A stretch of 48,913 bases of DNA, counting the filler, from Stramenopiles sp. TOSAG23-3 (Eukaryota): NCBI GenBank assembly GCA_900128585.1. It is 4 parts of 4 records of this genome, joined end to end, with 100 filler letters (N's around TTAATTAATTAA, not from the genome) between each part and the next. Parts side by side here need not be neighbours in the genome. Positions count along the whole stretch, not along the records: positions 1 to 22,342 come from LT642338.1; positions 22,443 to 44,739 come from LT642339.1; 2 more parts are not named here. One strand, given 5' to 3'. Positions 21,777-34,400 of this stretch are shown one piece after another. The notes below the pieces were generated by a model, which was not told where the DNA came from, ran no database searches, and saw only the letters and a program-made list of their open reading frames with translations. The translations under genes and the position numbers were made by a program. Position 1 is the first letter of the stretch. The number at the start of each line of letters is the position of its first letter.

Positions 21777-22342
21777 ACCGAGACTGCTACCAGGCCAAAA
21801 CTGTACAGTATGCTGCTGCTTCAGTCGACTATGAACTAGGCCCACGGTTTTATCTGTATTTTTTTACTCTATCGGCCGATATTCTTCCGGCAAATAACCT
21901 ACAATTTAAAATTCTCTTTTCAATAAAATCTTTCGTTCACTTTCTTATCTATCATCGTACATGAAAATATCTACTATTTCTTTTTTGTTCCCAACATTTA
22001 ATTGTTCTGCACAATTTTCGGTTTTTACTTTTTTTTCTTCTTCTTCTTTTCTTTCTTCAGCTTGTTGTTGCTTACTACTTTTTTTTTACTTAACTGCTCT
22101 TCCTTTTTTCTTCTTTTTTTATTTCTTTGTACACGCACGCACTGCTGCTGTGTGACCTCTGACGTACACAGACATTGTTGTCATTCTTATTCTTATTCGA
22201 TTGAGATGTTGTACGAGGTACGCGTAGACGACTACGTACAACAATTATAATTAAAAGTTCGAATTAAATAAAAGCTAAATAAGGACACGACTAAAGAAAG
22301 GCCACGGAATGTAATATTACAATAAAATACAATAATACAATA

Positions 22343-22442
22343 NNNNNNNNNNNNNNNNNNNNNNNNNNNNNNNNNNNNNNNNNNNNTTAATTAATTAANN
22401 NNNNNNNNNNNNNNNNNNNNNNNNNNNNNNNNNNNNNNNNNN
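22343..22442. other. Artificial scaffold spacer N44-TTAATTAATTAA-N44
   Basis: All-frame stop linker at 22387-22398 between two N runs; the identical structure recurs twice more. Confidence 0.95.
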
Positions 22443-22444
22443 AA

Positions 22445-22591
22445 GCTTTCCAAAACAGAAAGAAAAACATTTTGGCAGAAGGGCGACGAAGGTATTTGGA
22501 GAGGCAGCGACGAATTGAAGCCGCCGCAGCGCGTGGGGGTATGATGAATAGAGCAAGTCAAGTTTGGCGTTCAATTACTTCAAGCATTTAA
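22445..22591 (+). CDS. 3' end of a gene truncated by the gap, encoding a G2BR/U7BR-like (E2-binding) motif
   Basis: Open frame AFQNRKKNILAEGRRRYLERQRRIEAAAARGGMMNRASQVWRSITSSI*. GC-richer than its flanks. Not listed in the ORF track. Confidence 0.5.
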   Translation, partial: AFQNRKKNILAEGRRRYLERQRRIEAAAARGGMMNRASQVWRSITSSI

Positions 22592-22908
22592 TATTGAGAA
22601 CGAGTATGAAGTTGGATTGCCGCTGATCGTTGATCGACAGTAACAAATGAAGTGATAAGTTAAATTACTTCTCGTAATGATATGTATCTCTTAAAAAGTG
22701 TAAGGAAAAGAAAAACCTAATTCAGCTGTTTTATCTAAATTATAAACTTAAAGTTTTACAGCATTAACTTAAGTTTAATGTTTTAAAAACAAGAAAAAGT
22801 GGCTGTTTTATTTTATTATTAATTAAAATTAATGTTTTAAAAATATATTTGTTTAAATTAATGTTCAATATAAGTTTTAAGGTGTACCGGTACACTCAAG
22901 TTTGAGAT

Positions 22909-23745
22909 TTAATCGTTGCTTGTTGCTACTTGCCATTTTGACCGATTCAAACTTCCCCGAGAAAGGGCACTTTTTACATGAAAACGAGGAGACAGGGAAG
23001 GGCTGGTCAGATCGTCGGACTCGTAATCATCTTCGCTCAGCGTCGGAGCCCGCAGATACCGCGATGAATCGGTTTCCCCATCGGATAAAAGCCTCCCACT
23101 GATCTCGACATACCGCGGCACATCGCGAGGCCAGCACAACATAAGAATTGACAAGAGCAAGTTAAGCGCAAACCGAACCACATCTACGCATGCAATGAAA
23201 TACAACGGAGGCTTTTTGTGGTCCGCGTAAAATTCCATTATCCCTCGAGGGCGGCAGTAAAGAATAAATAAAGACGAGACGAACTGCGAAGCAACGAAGG
23301 CTCGTAAAGCTTTCGACTGAGAGCATGCCCGGTTGTATCCTATCCATAAGCTTGCCGAACAGCACAACCACACAATTGCATGCAACACCTCCATTGACGT
23401 TTCGTTTAAAACCACATAATCCTCATTTTTATACAAAGAAACCCACAGCCCCAAATCCATCAGGCAAGTAAAAAGCAATAGCACGCAACTCAAGATTTTC
23501 ATACGAAAATTGCACAGCGGTGGAGCCGCAACGACCGGGTTTTCCAAAAGACGGCGAATGTCGATACAAAGAACCGGTAGAAAAATTATAGCAGGAACGC
23601 CCATAATAACGAAAGACAGAAAACACTGCGACACTGGCCCGGTTTCACCCTTTCGAACCATCCAATACTCTGGGCTCAAACATGCAGACGCCAATATCGG
23701 AACGTTCCCGATTGTAGTCGGGATCGCAGAACCGTTCTGATACAT
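22909..23745 (-). CDS. Five-TM membrane protein resembling the TMD0 domain of ABCC/ABCB6-type transporters
   Basis: 278-aa ATG ORF with about 5 hydrophobic helices, a luminal Cys pair (ACLSP...SQCFLSFV), and an acidic/Ser tail with RLL. Confidence 0.5.
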   Translation of the reverse strand: MYQNGSAIPTTIGNVPILASACLSPEYWMVRKGETGPVSQCFLSFVIMGVPAIIFLPVLCIDIRRLLENPVVAAPPLCNFRMKILSCVLLLFTCLMDLGLWVSLYKNEDYVVLNETSMEVLHAIVWLCCSASLWIGYNRACSQSKALRAFVASQFVSSLFILYCRPRGIMEFYADHKKPPLYFIACVDVVRFALNLLLSILMLCWPRDVPRYVEISGRLLSDGETDSSRYLRAPTLSEDDYESDDLTSPSLSPRFHVKSALSRGSLNRSKWQVATSND

Positions 23746-24274
23746 GGAACCGTTTAACTTTAAATGTTCAAGGCGCCAAAGGTGCCGAACGTTTGCCCTT
23801 CTTGCAATGCTATTTCAAACACGGTTACTGTTTCAGTGCGACACGATTAAATTTGGAAAGCATAACTGACTCTTAACTTTTAGAAAAATGCTCTATAGAA
23901 AGAAACATTCAATGTCCCAATGTGAATATTATAATGATGATCGAATTCGAATTTCTTAATAAATAAAATAATAATAATAAAAAAAAAAAATAAAAAATAT
24001 TACTACTATAAAAAAATAATAGTAGAAGACACTTCTTCCCTACCGCGGTACAGGTATAATACCTAGGTACCGGTACATTATATTGATGTAGTATTGATTA
24101 TATCCACGATTAAGAAGAGGAGGCGGCAGAGAAGAACCCACCAGATGGTGTTGTGGGTAGGGTACGGTACGGGTATTAATGTAATACCGTCCTCGCCGTT
24201 TTAGTACCACCACCGACGACCGACGGTTTCTTTCCTGTGCTGCTGCTGTGTTATTATCATTATTTATTATCATA

Positions 24275-27253
24275 CTAGCGAGCTGACTTTGATGTTGTTG
24301 GGGTTTGTATCAGATTGGTGAGTTCAACACCTTGGTTCTGTTCGGAAAAGTTAATTTGGCTGCCAGCTGCTGTAGAACTTCTGCTGACGCCCATCTCAAT
24401 CTGATCCCAGCCTACAAACGCTTCCACCGCGTCGTTGCTATCCCCCAAGTCATTGTTCACCTCGGTAGACTCAGAATTGTTTTCACCGGCGCCCGTGACA
24501 TTCAACCCGCTTGGGTGTGATGGCAGCGGTCCGCCCTGTCTGGGCGGGGGTCCTATGGCTATTTTTCGTTCTTCCCCATCTATAGATGTGAGGTGCAATA
24601 CCGTTCTGCCGTGTTTATCAACTGAAGATAGCGTCCGTTTCGACCTAATATTTTTTGTGGAAGCAAACGACTTCATTGATTTCAATGACTTTGCACTTTC
24701 CAGATGCATGTGCCGGATAGAACGGTGGGCGTCTAATTTTTTGGGGTTGTAATAGCTATCCGTTGCGTGCAAATGCTTTTTGCTTGGGTGCCGGGGTAAG
24801 GTATCGCCGTAAGGTATCACCATAGCCAGTGGCATAGGTGGCGGTGGTGGATAGTCGTCCAGAGTCAAAGCAGCCCCGGGGCCCTCTACATACATTCTTT
24901 TCTTATGTTTGTAGCCGGCGTAGCTACCAAGTGCGCCGAACGACAGGGTGATCACTATAATGGCAATTGCAATCGAGTCTAAATTTCCATTTCTACTTTT
25001 TCCTTGTCCTCCTCCCCCAAAAAAATTCACCGTTTCTGTTGTGTTGTCGTTAATTCGACAATTGCGATCTATGGCAGACAAAAGCCACGACTCTTCCCGG
25101 TCTTTCTCTGCCTCTGATCTGTCCGGCACCAGGGAGCTTGCTATTCCGACAGTGCCATGCGCAACAATTATGGACGAAGCGTCGGAATGTTTGACAAGAA
25201 CACACGCTTTCCCCACAAGATGGCCCAATCCACTATACGGGATGGACTCTTTGAAACGGGTCATGATGTTAGCAGAGCGGGACTGGAAAACGCCAAAGCT
25301 TCCCACTTCTGTAGCCCCCACGCCTTTGTTTTGGTTGCAAGACGTTGCACTCTGCAAACTGTCTGGCACAATGGGCCCGCCAAGAAACGACCCGCCTCTG
25401 TCGTCGCATTTGGAGTACAACAATGTCTGGTACGTTGCATACCTCTCAATGCCCGAAAAGAAGGCGTCGGCCTCAAATGCAGCACTGTCGCTGCCCGTGC
25501 TCCTAGAAAGGCGCATTTCAACTCGCCCTTTAATCCCCAAGGTCGCGTTTTCCAATTGGCATATCGCTTCGGTCCCAGCCCCCAATGCTGCGCCCATGGC
25601 GGAATTCCTTACTTCGCCGTTTTCATTTGGGTTTGATTGTCGTGGAGGAGTACCAACGCCGATCACTCCCCATAGCATTGGGTTCCCCACGCGCCCGTTT
25701 GGTTGCGAGCCGTCGTCGTGACTTTCGTACACGACAAACATTCTTCCAATGATGGACTTTACCGAATCTCTCAAGGAAACGCTGGCCGTTTCTCCTTGAG
25801 GAAAGCTTAGAAAGTGCACGCAAGAACCATTCACGACCTTAGCGGACTGGATATTCCCAAGGTCGCCAACCATGCGCATCAAGAATGGTGGTCGCCCATG
25901 AAAGTTGTTAGCGAGTGTTGGGTTAAACCGCGCAAGGTCCGATGCGCCTCGATAGTCCCCGTGTTGAAGGATGCCGATGCCGTACCGGGAGCTTGCTGTG
26001 GTTCCTGGAGAGTGTCCGTCAAGCTGGATTCGGATGGATATTTCGCCGTTGCTTCGCTCCGAACCAAAAATTTCAACCAGTCCAGACAACGAGCTTTCAT
26101 TAGTCGTCGGTATCAGCTTACCCCGCCCATACGGAGCAGAAAAACTCGTGCAGTCGTAATCCACCGAAGCGATTTGCTCTGTTGCTTCGATCACCGACGG
26201 GTGCAATTCAGATGCCATCCCAATCACCCCTCGAGCGACTAAATGTTGGTTTTGACTGTACTCAACGCAGCCTGAATCCCAAGATTCGCAAATTACGTCA
26301 GGCTTTGAGTAAATGGCGCACGATCGGCCCACCAAGTCCGCAAATGACACGGGCTCCCGGAACGCTCCCCTGTACTTGGCATTGCCTCCCCCATTTGAAC
26401 CTTGGATATTCCCCAAATCGCCAAATCGGCGCCCTGGGGCGCATGGGATCCCATGCTTGCTATTGACGTTCCCGTACACTTCTCCTAGTGAATTGGAAGA
26501 TAGATCAGCAAATTTTTGAATTTTTAACGCGTGGGAGCCTCCAGCCACGTTGCTTAATTGCACAAATACTTCGTGCCCAGGAACACCTCTGTTTTGGTGG
26601 CTTATAAGCATCACCCCCTCGACATCTGGGTGCGCGCTTGTGCCTGTGAAAAAACACACTGCTTTGTCAATGGGGTAGAAATCGTGTATTTCAGACGACC
26701 CCCCAGCAATATTGCGAAGGCCCAGCGACAGACCAACTACACCGGTCGAGACTGCGGTGCACACGTCGTCGTCCTGCGTGTTCGGAGATACAAATAGATT
26801 CGGGCAAGCTTCCACAATGACACTCCTTCCCACAATAGAATGGTTGTCTCTTTTCGTCAATGAAAACGTTGAGTCTATTGGAGCGACTATGCCCTGGGGC
26901 ATCGTTCCATTGAATAATAGATACAAATGGTTTGCGTTAAACCCCACAACCGCCAAGTCGTTCGACGGGACAGCCGCTGCCAAAGGTTTTTCAGCCGACG
27001 GGTAAACTGATACTTTGTAGCGAACGGATGCGTTCATGCCATTTAACTGAAAAGACACAGACACTGCGGAGCTAGATATATCTTCATCGAAGGTTATATT
27101 TCCATTTATGCCACCCCCGGCCACTTTCGGCAAAACGACAACAGCCCGCTTAAAATCTGCCGAAGCAGAAGCATCCCTGCATATACCCAATGTCAGGCAC
27201 AGCACGTGGAAATATAACACTGCCCAAGGAGATAAATTCATGTTATTGCGCAT
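24275..27253 (-). CDS. Type I membrane protein with four tandem Cu/Zn-SOD-fold domains lacking most metal ligands
   Basis: Signal peptide; four repeats with SIVGRSVIV / LVGRSCAIY / SIIGRMFVVY / LVGKACVLV and terminal GVVG/GVIG/GVIG/GTVG; GDLGNI twice; TM IAIAIIVITLSFGALGSYAGY; Pro-rich tail. ATG at 27253 (or 27241). Confidence 0.8.
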   Translation of the reverse strand: MRNNMNLSPWAVLYFHVLCLTLGICRDASASADFKRAVVVLPKVAGGGINGNITFDEDISSSAVSVSFQLNGMNASVRYKVSVYPSAEKPLAAAVPSNDLAVVGFNANHLYLLFNGTMPQGIVAPIDSTFSLTKRDNHSIVGRSVIVEACPNLFVSPNTQDDDVCTAVSTGVVGLSLGLRNIAGGSSEIHDFYPIDKAVCFFTGTSAHPDVEGVMLISHQNRGVPGHEVFVQLSNVAGGSHALKIQKFADLSSNSLGEVYGNVNSKHGIPCAPGRRFGDLGNIQGSNGGGNAKYRGAFREPVSFADLVGRSCAIYSKPDVICESWDSGCVEYSQNQHLVARGVIGMASELHPSVIEATEQIASVDYDCTSFSAPYGRGKLIPTTNESSLSGLVEIFGSERSNGEISIRIQLDGHSPGTTASSRYGIGILQHGDYRGASDLARFNPTLANNFHGRPPFLMRMVGDLGNIQSAKVVNGSCVHFLSFPQGETASVSLRDSVKSIIGRMFVVYESHDDGSQPNGRVGNPMLWGVIGVGTPPRQSNPNENGEVRNSAMGAALGAGTEAICQLENATLGIKGRVEMRLSRSTGSDSAAFEADAFFSGIERYATYQTLLYSKCDDRGGSFLGGPIVPDSLQSATSCNQNKGVGATEVGSFGVFQSRSANIMTRFKESIPYSGLGHLVGKACVLVKHSDASSIIVAHGTVGIASSLVPDRSEAEKDREESWLLSAIDRNCRINDNTTETVNFFGGGGQGKSRNGNLDSIAIAIIVITLSFGALGSYAGYKHKKRMYVEGPGAALTLDDYPPPPPMPLAMVIPYGDTLPRHPSKKHLHATDSYYNPKKLDAHRSIRHMHLESAKSLKSMKSFASTKNIRSKRTLSSVDKHGRTVLHLTSIDGEERKIAIGPPPRQGGPLPSHPSGLNVTGAGENNSESTEVNNDLGDSNDAVEAFVGWDQIEMGVSRSSTAAGSQINFSEQNQGVELTNLIQTPTTSKSAR

Positions 27254-28440
27254 TTGACAGGGGTTCCCGCATTGGTTTGTAATAACTAGGAGGCTGATTT
27301 GCACCCATTTTGCAACGACTGACAAAAAGAAGCGACAGCAAGTACTAATAAATGGAAGCTTGGACCGGAGTGGTGGGGCCTCATATTGTTGTCATCGAAT
27401 CCGCCTTGGTAATATTTATAGATACCTTGGTAATAGATATCCTCATCATCATCAGGTCTTCTCCTCTTCCTCCTCCTCTGATGATGCATGCAGTGAGTGT
27501 GGTGCATGCACCAACAATTAAAAAAATTAAAAAAAAGAAGAAGACGACTTGTACCATGCCTGTACCATCCTTATTATACCGGTATTAATTGTCTCTATTA
27601 TTCGTGCTGCTTTTTTATTACTGCGACGTTGTCGTCTGTTTAAAACCGCACGGTCCGGTCCCTTCGGAAGAATTATTATCGATTTTACAAAAAAAAGAAC
27701 ATTTATTTATTATAGAATACAGTATCATCGTCGATAATAAAAATTATTAAAAAAATATAATAATAAATAATAATATCTATTACTAATATTAATATATAAA
27801 AGTATAATATCAGCACAGCAGCAAGTTTTTAAAATAATTTTTTTTTTGTAAAGTAGAAAAAAATAATATAATAAAAAAATATCTTCTTCTTTTTAATTAT
27901 ATTTTATTATTATTAGCCCCTATTTATACGTATTCCAAATAATATCCTCCACCAATTATTAAATTTTATTTATAGCTTTATTTTTATATATTTAATAAAT
28001 ATACATAACCACAGCAAAGCAGATAACTTGTGGAAATTATACATTGTATTATTATATTTATAAAAATTATTGGGATCTTTTTTCTACTTCTTCATACTGC
28101 TTCTTCGCTGTTGTTTATTTGCACACATTGTGTTGTGTCATTTTTCATTACCCGCTACGCTACCGGTATTATTATTACGGAATGGGTACCTGGTACCGTA
28201 GTACGGAAGCTGTGATCCAGCATCCAGCAACGCCTCCTCCGTCCTCGTCGTCGATGGAGAGGATGATGATGATATAGAACGACTATTATTTATTAGGCAG
28301 CGAAGAACAGCGAAAGCATATGCTCGTAGAGTAATACGAAAAGCTGACCAAGAAATATTTTTCAGGTGTAGGTTTCATTTTTCTTGTTGAAAATTATTGG
28401 CGGTCGAGCCTTTCAGTTTGTGCAACGATTAGACAACGCC

Positions 28441-31400
28441 ATGCAACTTTATCACGATAAAGCTGTGAAGCTGCAAGTGGTTTTGCTGGGGGTTTTATAC
28501 CTACTCTGCAGCACCCAAGGGTCGCATTCGCCGGCCATTGAAACCCTGGTACACGGGGCACACAGTGCCCCTGAACATTTTTCGCACGTCCATAGTGTCC
28601 AACTAGACGACACCGGTTTCAAAGAAGACCCGTGGCGAGTCGGCGTACAGAAAGGGAGGCGCTTGGAAGAGTTGGGCTCCGATGGGTTTCCACTTCCCTC
28701 AACGGCTCGCACGCCTCCCTTTGGGAAGCACGTATTTTTCAGTATGGCCGTGGAAGGTCGCGTCAACGCAACGTTCAACAAAGTCAAGCTGAAGCATCAC
28801 AGAAACCTTGTTCATGAAGATGCTGTACTAGAATTTCACGACAACGGCGGTTCCCCCCGAACTGTGCCGTTTCCCAACTCCGTGTACCATGCCAAGGACG
28901 ATGACGGAAAACGATGGATATACTTATCTATGATCACCCAGGACAGGTTCAAAGTTTGGATTCACGACCACGGTCAGACCATCGTGGTTGAGCCCACACA
29001 GCACATTCAAAAATATCCTCACCACAGTCGAAGAAGGCTAAAAGGGTTTTTCGATGCTCATGAAAGAAAATTTGGGGCATTCCCGAAATTGTTGGCGTAT
29101 GAATCAAATCAATTCACAGCAAAGCAGGGAGAATGTAGAAGAAAACTGGGGAGCGAGCGATGGGACAATTGGAAAACGCGCACGGACGAAAAATCGGCAA
29201 AACCCGTTTCGCCGACAAGTAATTTGGGACCATACACACCACTGGATTGTGGCCTTACAAGTTTGCATATAATGCAGATAGGGTACGGAGTCGACACGGG
29301 CTTTTTTAAACGTATAACGGGAGACACTGGCACTGGCAGCGCGGAAGCTTACCTTGAGGTTGCAGCAGAAGTTGCGATAATGACGGCATTAATCAACCCA
29401 CCGTACATTCAGCAATTCAATGTGTTTTTGCAAATAAAATATATCAACGCATTTCACAGCACCGCTTCCGGTCCCTCTTGGAACGATGAGCCACTTAATT
29501 GGGCCCAAGCTTCTGGGAGTACCCTACGCACATACGGGTGCAAACATTCGCGGAATGGAGAGGGAAGCAGTCAGTATTTGCAAAAAATTGCGTCTTGGGG
29601 GAGTGCAAATATAGAGAGCACACCTTGCAAAAACTGTGGCTCTTTTCAAGTCTTTACCGCGTGTTATAAACCTTCTGGGGTAATGGGGATCGCATTCTTG
29701 GGCGTTGTTTGCAAAAAGAGCCATTTTTATGGCATGAACAGTTACTATACGCATGGAAAACAGACGATGGGAACCTTGGCACACGAACTGGGGCATACGT
29801 TTGGCGCAGGCCACTCTACCCGCGGCGTGATGGATTACACTACGTTTGATGAACTCAGGTTTTGGAACGAGAAATGGAGCGGGCAAACAAACAATTATGC
29901 AGATATGTGTCGTGCAATAAATAGTGGTAAAAATGGTGGGTGGGGTAGGGTGACGAATTGCTTTCTGCCTTTGACGAACGTAGGGCCAAGTTACACCGAC
30001 CGTTGCGGCAACTCTGTAGTCGAGGAGGGAGAAGAATGCGATGGCGGCGATTGTTGCACGGACAAGTGTAAATTAAAAGCTGCGGCACAGTGCGATACAA
30101 CTTTTACAATTATGAAAAAAGATGGAACACACGAAGAGATTAACGATGGGTGTTGCACGGACCAATGCAAATTTGAATTGCCGACACAGCAATGCAACAT
30201 AATGCCAACGATACACTCCAACGACGTGCGAGTTGGGGTATGCATGAACGGAGAGTGCAGGGACTTCTGCAAAGCACCGGCGAAAACAGGCTACCGGTTG
30301 TATGTTAACCAGTGCCCATCAACCATCCTAGATCCATGCAAACTGCGATGCGCATCAGGTTCTATATCGTCGCAGAACGCGTGCAAGGACGGCAAAGAGG
30401 TAAACGCTAATATTGCGGAGTTTCTGCCTGCAGGGACCGTGTGTGGAGTTACGCCAGTCCTCCAAAGGTGCTCTGGGACTGGCAAATGTTGCCCTGACTG
30501 TCAGAATGGGGGGGCTGCAATTACAGACGCTAACGAGCATTGCGCGTGTTCGTGTGCAGAGGGCTTTTCTGGTAATAATTGTGAAAACGATGATGGGGGT
30601 GGGTCATCGCCGTCACCTGGGCCATCTTTACCGCCCTGGGTACTTATCAATGCCCCAATCAAAGATGCAAAATGGAACGTTGGAGCAAAAAATCGACCGG
30701 TTCCAGAAATCCACCAGGTTCTGTGGCAATCGGGGAATGTTGGATCAGGCACGTTTACAATTGAGATCGAACTTAAAGTGTCTGGCAGCGTTTATAAAAA
30801 GGCAACTTCGCTGACCTCCGACGCCAAAGATACAGGGATTTATCAAATAGATTTGGACGCTTTGTCGGACGACCTGAACACTTGCGGTCCATACCGCATC
30901 AAAATGCAATTGAACTCCGAAGGCGGAGCATCTTTCTATTCTCAAGATTTTACTATCATGCCTGCATCGGAAGCTGTGGTTTCCATCACACTTAAAAATA
31001 TGGACAATGGGCTGGGGACTACAACTCTCATAAAAAATGGAAGAACACAAATAACCGCAACACGAAGCTGTAAAGACTCGAGCAGTTTTACCGTGGGCTT
31101 TGACTTGTACAGAAATGGTTCCAAGGTTAAGGAGATAAACAGAGTATCTGGTCGAAACCAGAACTATGTATCCCAAGAGTGGACGGTTCCGATTGATCTG
31201 CCTGTTGGATCATCCCATACGATTTTGGTAAAATGGTCGGGGCTTCCGGCAAAGCATAGCGAAGTCGTTGATGTCTCGACGCCATCGACGCCCGCGACCG
31301 TTCTAGTTACCGTACCGAAACCATTCTGGGTTATTGACGTTGTTGACGATGCCACCATTATGTGGAGCACAACGGGCCCAATATACTATGTTAATGTCGA

Positions 31401-34400
31401 TGTGTGCCGTGTTAGTGATGGCGTGGTTATGATGTCCGTTGGTAGCAATGTCCCAGCAGCCCAGGGCAGTATAAAATTTAGTGTTTCCAACAGCGATTTG
31501 CCAGAAAAAAGTAAGGGATATTTTGCACGAGTCTCAAAAGCAGATGATTCAAACGTGAAAGGAGACTCACCCCCAATAAGTACGAAACCGCCACCAACGG
31601 GATTGGAATTTACACTTACCAAAATCACTGTGTCGGAACAATGTTTGGAGAGTTCCGCTCCTTACATCATTTCCTGGATAGCTACAAATGCCCCAAAGGG
31701 GGAGGAGGTGGAAATTGGATATACCCGAGAAGGCACTAAGATTGCAACTGTTATGGCCCGGGGTGTCAGTGCCACCAGTCTGTTCCATGTGTTTTCAGCA
31801 CCAGTCGACATTCGGCCAGCGTCCTATTCCTTCACCGTTCGGTCGATGTTAGTACCAGACGAAATATATGGCACAACCTCGTCTTTCGTTACCATGCGAC
31901 GAGAATTAACCGTCTCGATATTGGATCAACCCGACTGGCACCACGGCGCGTCTGCTCTGCTGCAATGGACCGTCACGGGGTGCCCTCTTGCGAAAACGTT
32001 AGAGATGGACGTCTACCTTGTCGATAATATTGGCAATGTTGTCGCGCTGTTAAAACATAATCTAGAAATTGCAGCGGTCGGGCAAGGTGAGTTAAAAATA
32101 GACTCTGTAAGCTCTCAGTGGCCAGGAGGAAAAAGTTACATGGTTAAAGTGAGAAACAAAGCGAACGGAAGATTTTGGACAAGTTCTAAATTTATGATAA
32201 ATGCGGCAGAGGCTCTTGAAATAAAATCTATAACCCTGCCGACAGAACATAGTGGTAAAGTTGTACTTGCCTGGAAGACGGAAGGCTACGTGCCGGATGT
32301 CAACATTGAAATATTTAAGGACGGGAGCTTGTACAAAACGCTGGCCAGCCTTTGGCCAAATGCGGGAAAGTTCATGTTTTCCACAAAACAATATCCTTCC
32401 TCGTCACAATATCGCGTGAAGATCGCTGGCATGGGAACCACAAAACCAGCGGCGGCAATTTCGGACCCTTTCGCACTGAATGAAGGCAGCGATTTGAGCA
32501 TAAAGATTCTGAAGCCCGAGTTTGGCAGATCTTACCTTGCAGGGGAAACCATTGGCATTACATACGAAACTAAGGGTGGAACAGGTTCAGGCAATGTATT
32601 CGTTGATGTCTACCTTTGCGACGCAGATGGTAGCACTAAATTAATGAACATATTCACTAAATCGCAAAGCCCCAAAAATCAAAAGGCCGTGAAGCAATTT
32701 TCGCTGCCACAAAATGGATCGTATTTGAGCGCATCGATCGGTTTTAGAATATGTATAGAAAAGTGGCAAGGCAATTCTGGCACATCGTTTAACCAAAATG
32801 TTAAGGGGGCTGAACATGCTAGTCAAATGTTTTACATTGAGGCCCTTCCTTCCATAGAAATAGCTTCAGTAACGTTTACCAACATTGGAGAATACATGTT
32901 TATTAAATGGCGGAGCACGGGAATGCCGGTTCGCACTTTAGACATCTACCTGGAAAACGTGATGGGAGGAGAAGCGGGTGGGACAAAGCACACATTGGCA
33001 GCAGACTTGCAAAATATCGACCAAGTGAGGGTGTTAGTTCCAGCCAACAGTGGGATAAAGAACGAGACGGATTATACCCTTCGCATTGAAATCAGGGTCC
33101 CCCCGTCAAAGATTGACACAAAAACGTTTTCCCACTCTATGCTGATACGGTTTGCCTCGTCGTCTACGCATTTGTCCCCAAAAGTCTTGCAACCGGTTGC
33201 ATCCAGCGCAGTTAGCAGCAGTGAAAATTTGATAATAGAGTGGCAAGCTTCTGAAGGTGCCGCATTTGCCACAGTTACTATGGAACAGTTTGGAACGGCC
33301 ACTAGAAACAGCTTACTGACGACCCTCGCATCGTCCGCAGCTAGTACAGGATACCTGAAAATAGATTTGTCCTCGCACTCAGTAATTCCTAATCTTCGGA
33401 ATGTGGTGCAGGTAAAAATTTCGGACAAGAACAGCCAGGTAATACATGAGCTTACAAGCGAGGTTTTCTCAATAACAGAACCCGAAGCTAAAGTGGAGAT
33501 TATCTCTGTGTCTGGGGGCGAACGTGCTGGTTTGTTGCCGTACAAGATAGTGTTTGGGAGACCGTTTGATTTCTTGTGGAGCATTCAAGGAAATGTAGGA
33601 TCAGTCGCCCTGGAACTTTGGGAGTGTGAAACGGCAGGCTGTTACAACTCTGAATTCGCAATGTCTATTGACTCGGTCGACTCGTCGAATTACTTGAACA
33701 AATCAAAACATGAATTGAAAACATCTTGGACTCCGTCATCGTGGACGCAACCACCAAAGGTGGATGGTTTCTATCGAGTGGTTGTTCGATCAATACAATA
33801 CTCGAATAAGTATTTTGCAACAAGCCCAGAAATTCTCACAGTGTCCCCTAATATATGTATAATTGGGGAAGGGGGCTGCTCGAATGTTCAAATTCGCCTC
33901 TTGGTTGATTCTCCAACTCAGGACCAAGTCGTGATGACCGGCAGCCTGGTGCATATAAACTGGAAAATTATCGTATCGAACCCGAATGAATGGAGGCCTC
34001 CCACGTACGTATCCATCAGTCTGCGGCGAAATGGAAAGCATGTTTTGACAATCGCACCAGAGGTTGAAAATACTGGTTCTTACGCATGGCCTGTCAGCGA
34101 AGCATTAGAAGGCAACGACAAATATTCTGTAATCGTAAAAGCTGTCACTGTTTCGGGAAGTTCAAAGGCAGTTGCTTGCCCGAATACAAATGCCGCGCAA
34201 GACGGGAGTTGCCAAAGCGGGTTATTCCGAGTAAGAAGCTTGAACACTGCCGGTGCAATTAGGGAGCTTTTTCTTACTTTAGAACAGGAAAACAGAGATG
34301 ATAGTAGTGGTTGGAGCCCAGTGTCGGATGGTTCCGCGCTTCATACGAACGTGGTCTCGGTTGGTCAGTTCTTGCGCGTGTCCTGGTTTTCCGTAGGTTC

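Noticed and set aside
24948-25721. Long antisense ORFs (257 aa here; also 42504-43202, 33072-33584 and 20076-20579)
   Set aside because: Fully overlapped by well-supported genes on the other strand; shadow ORFs with no motifs.
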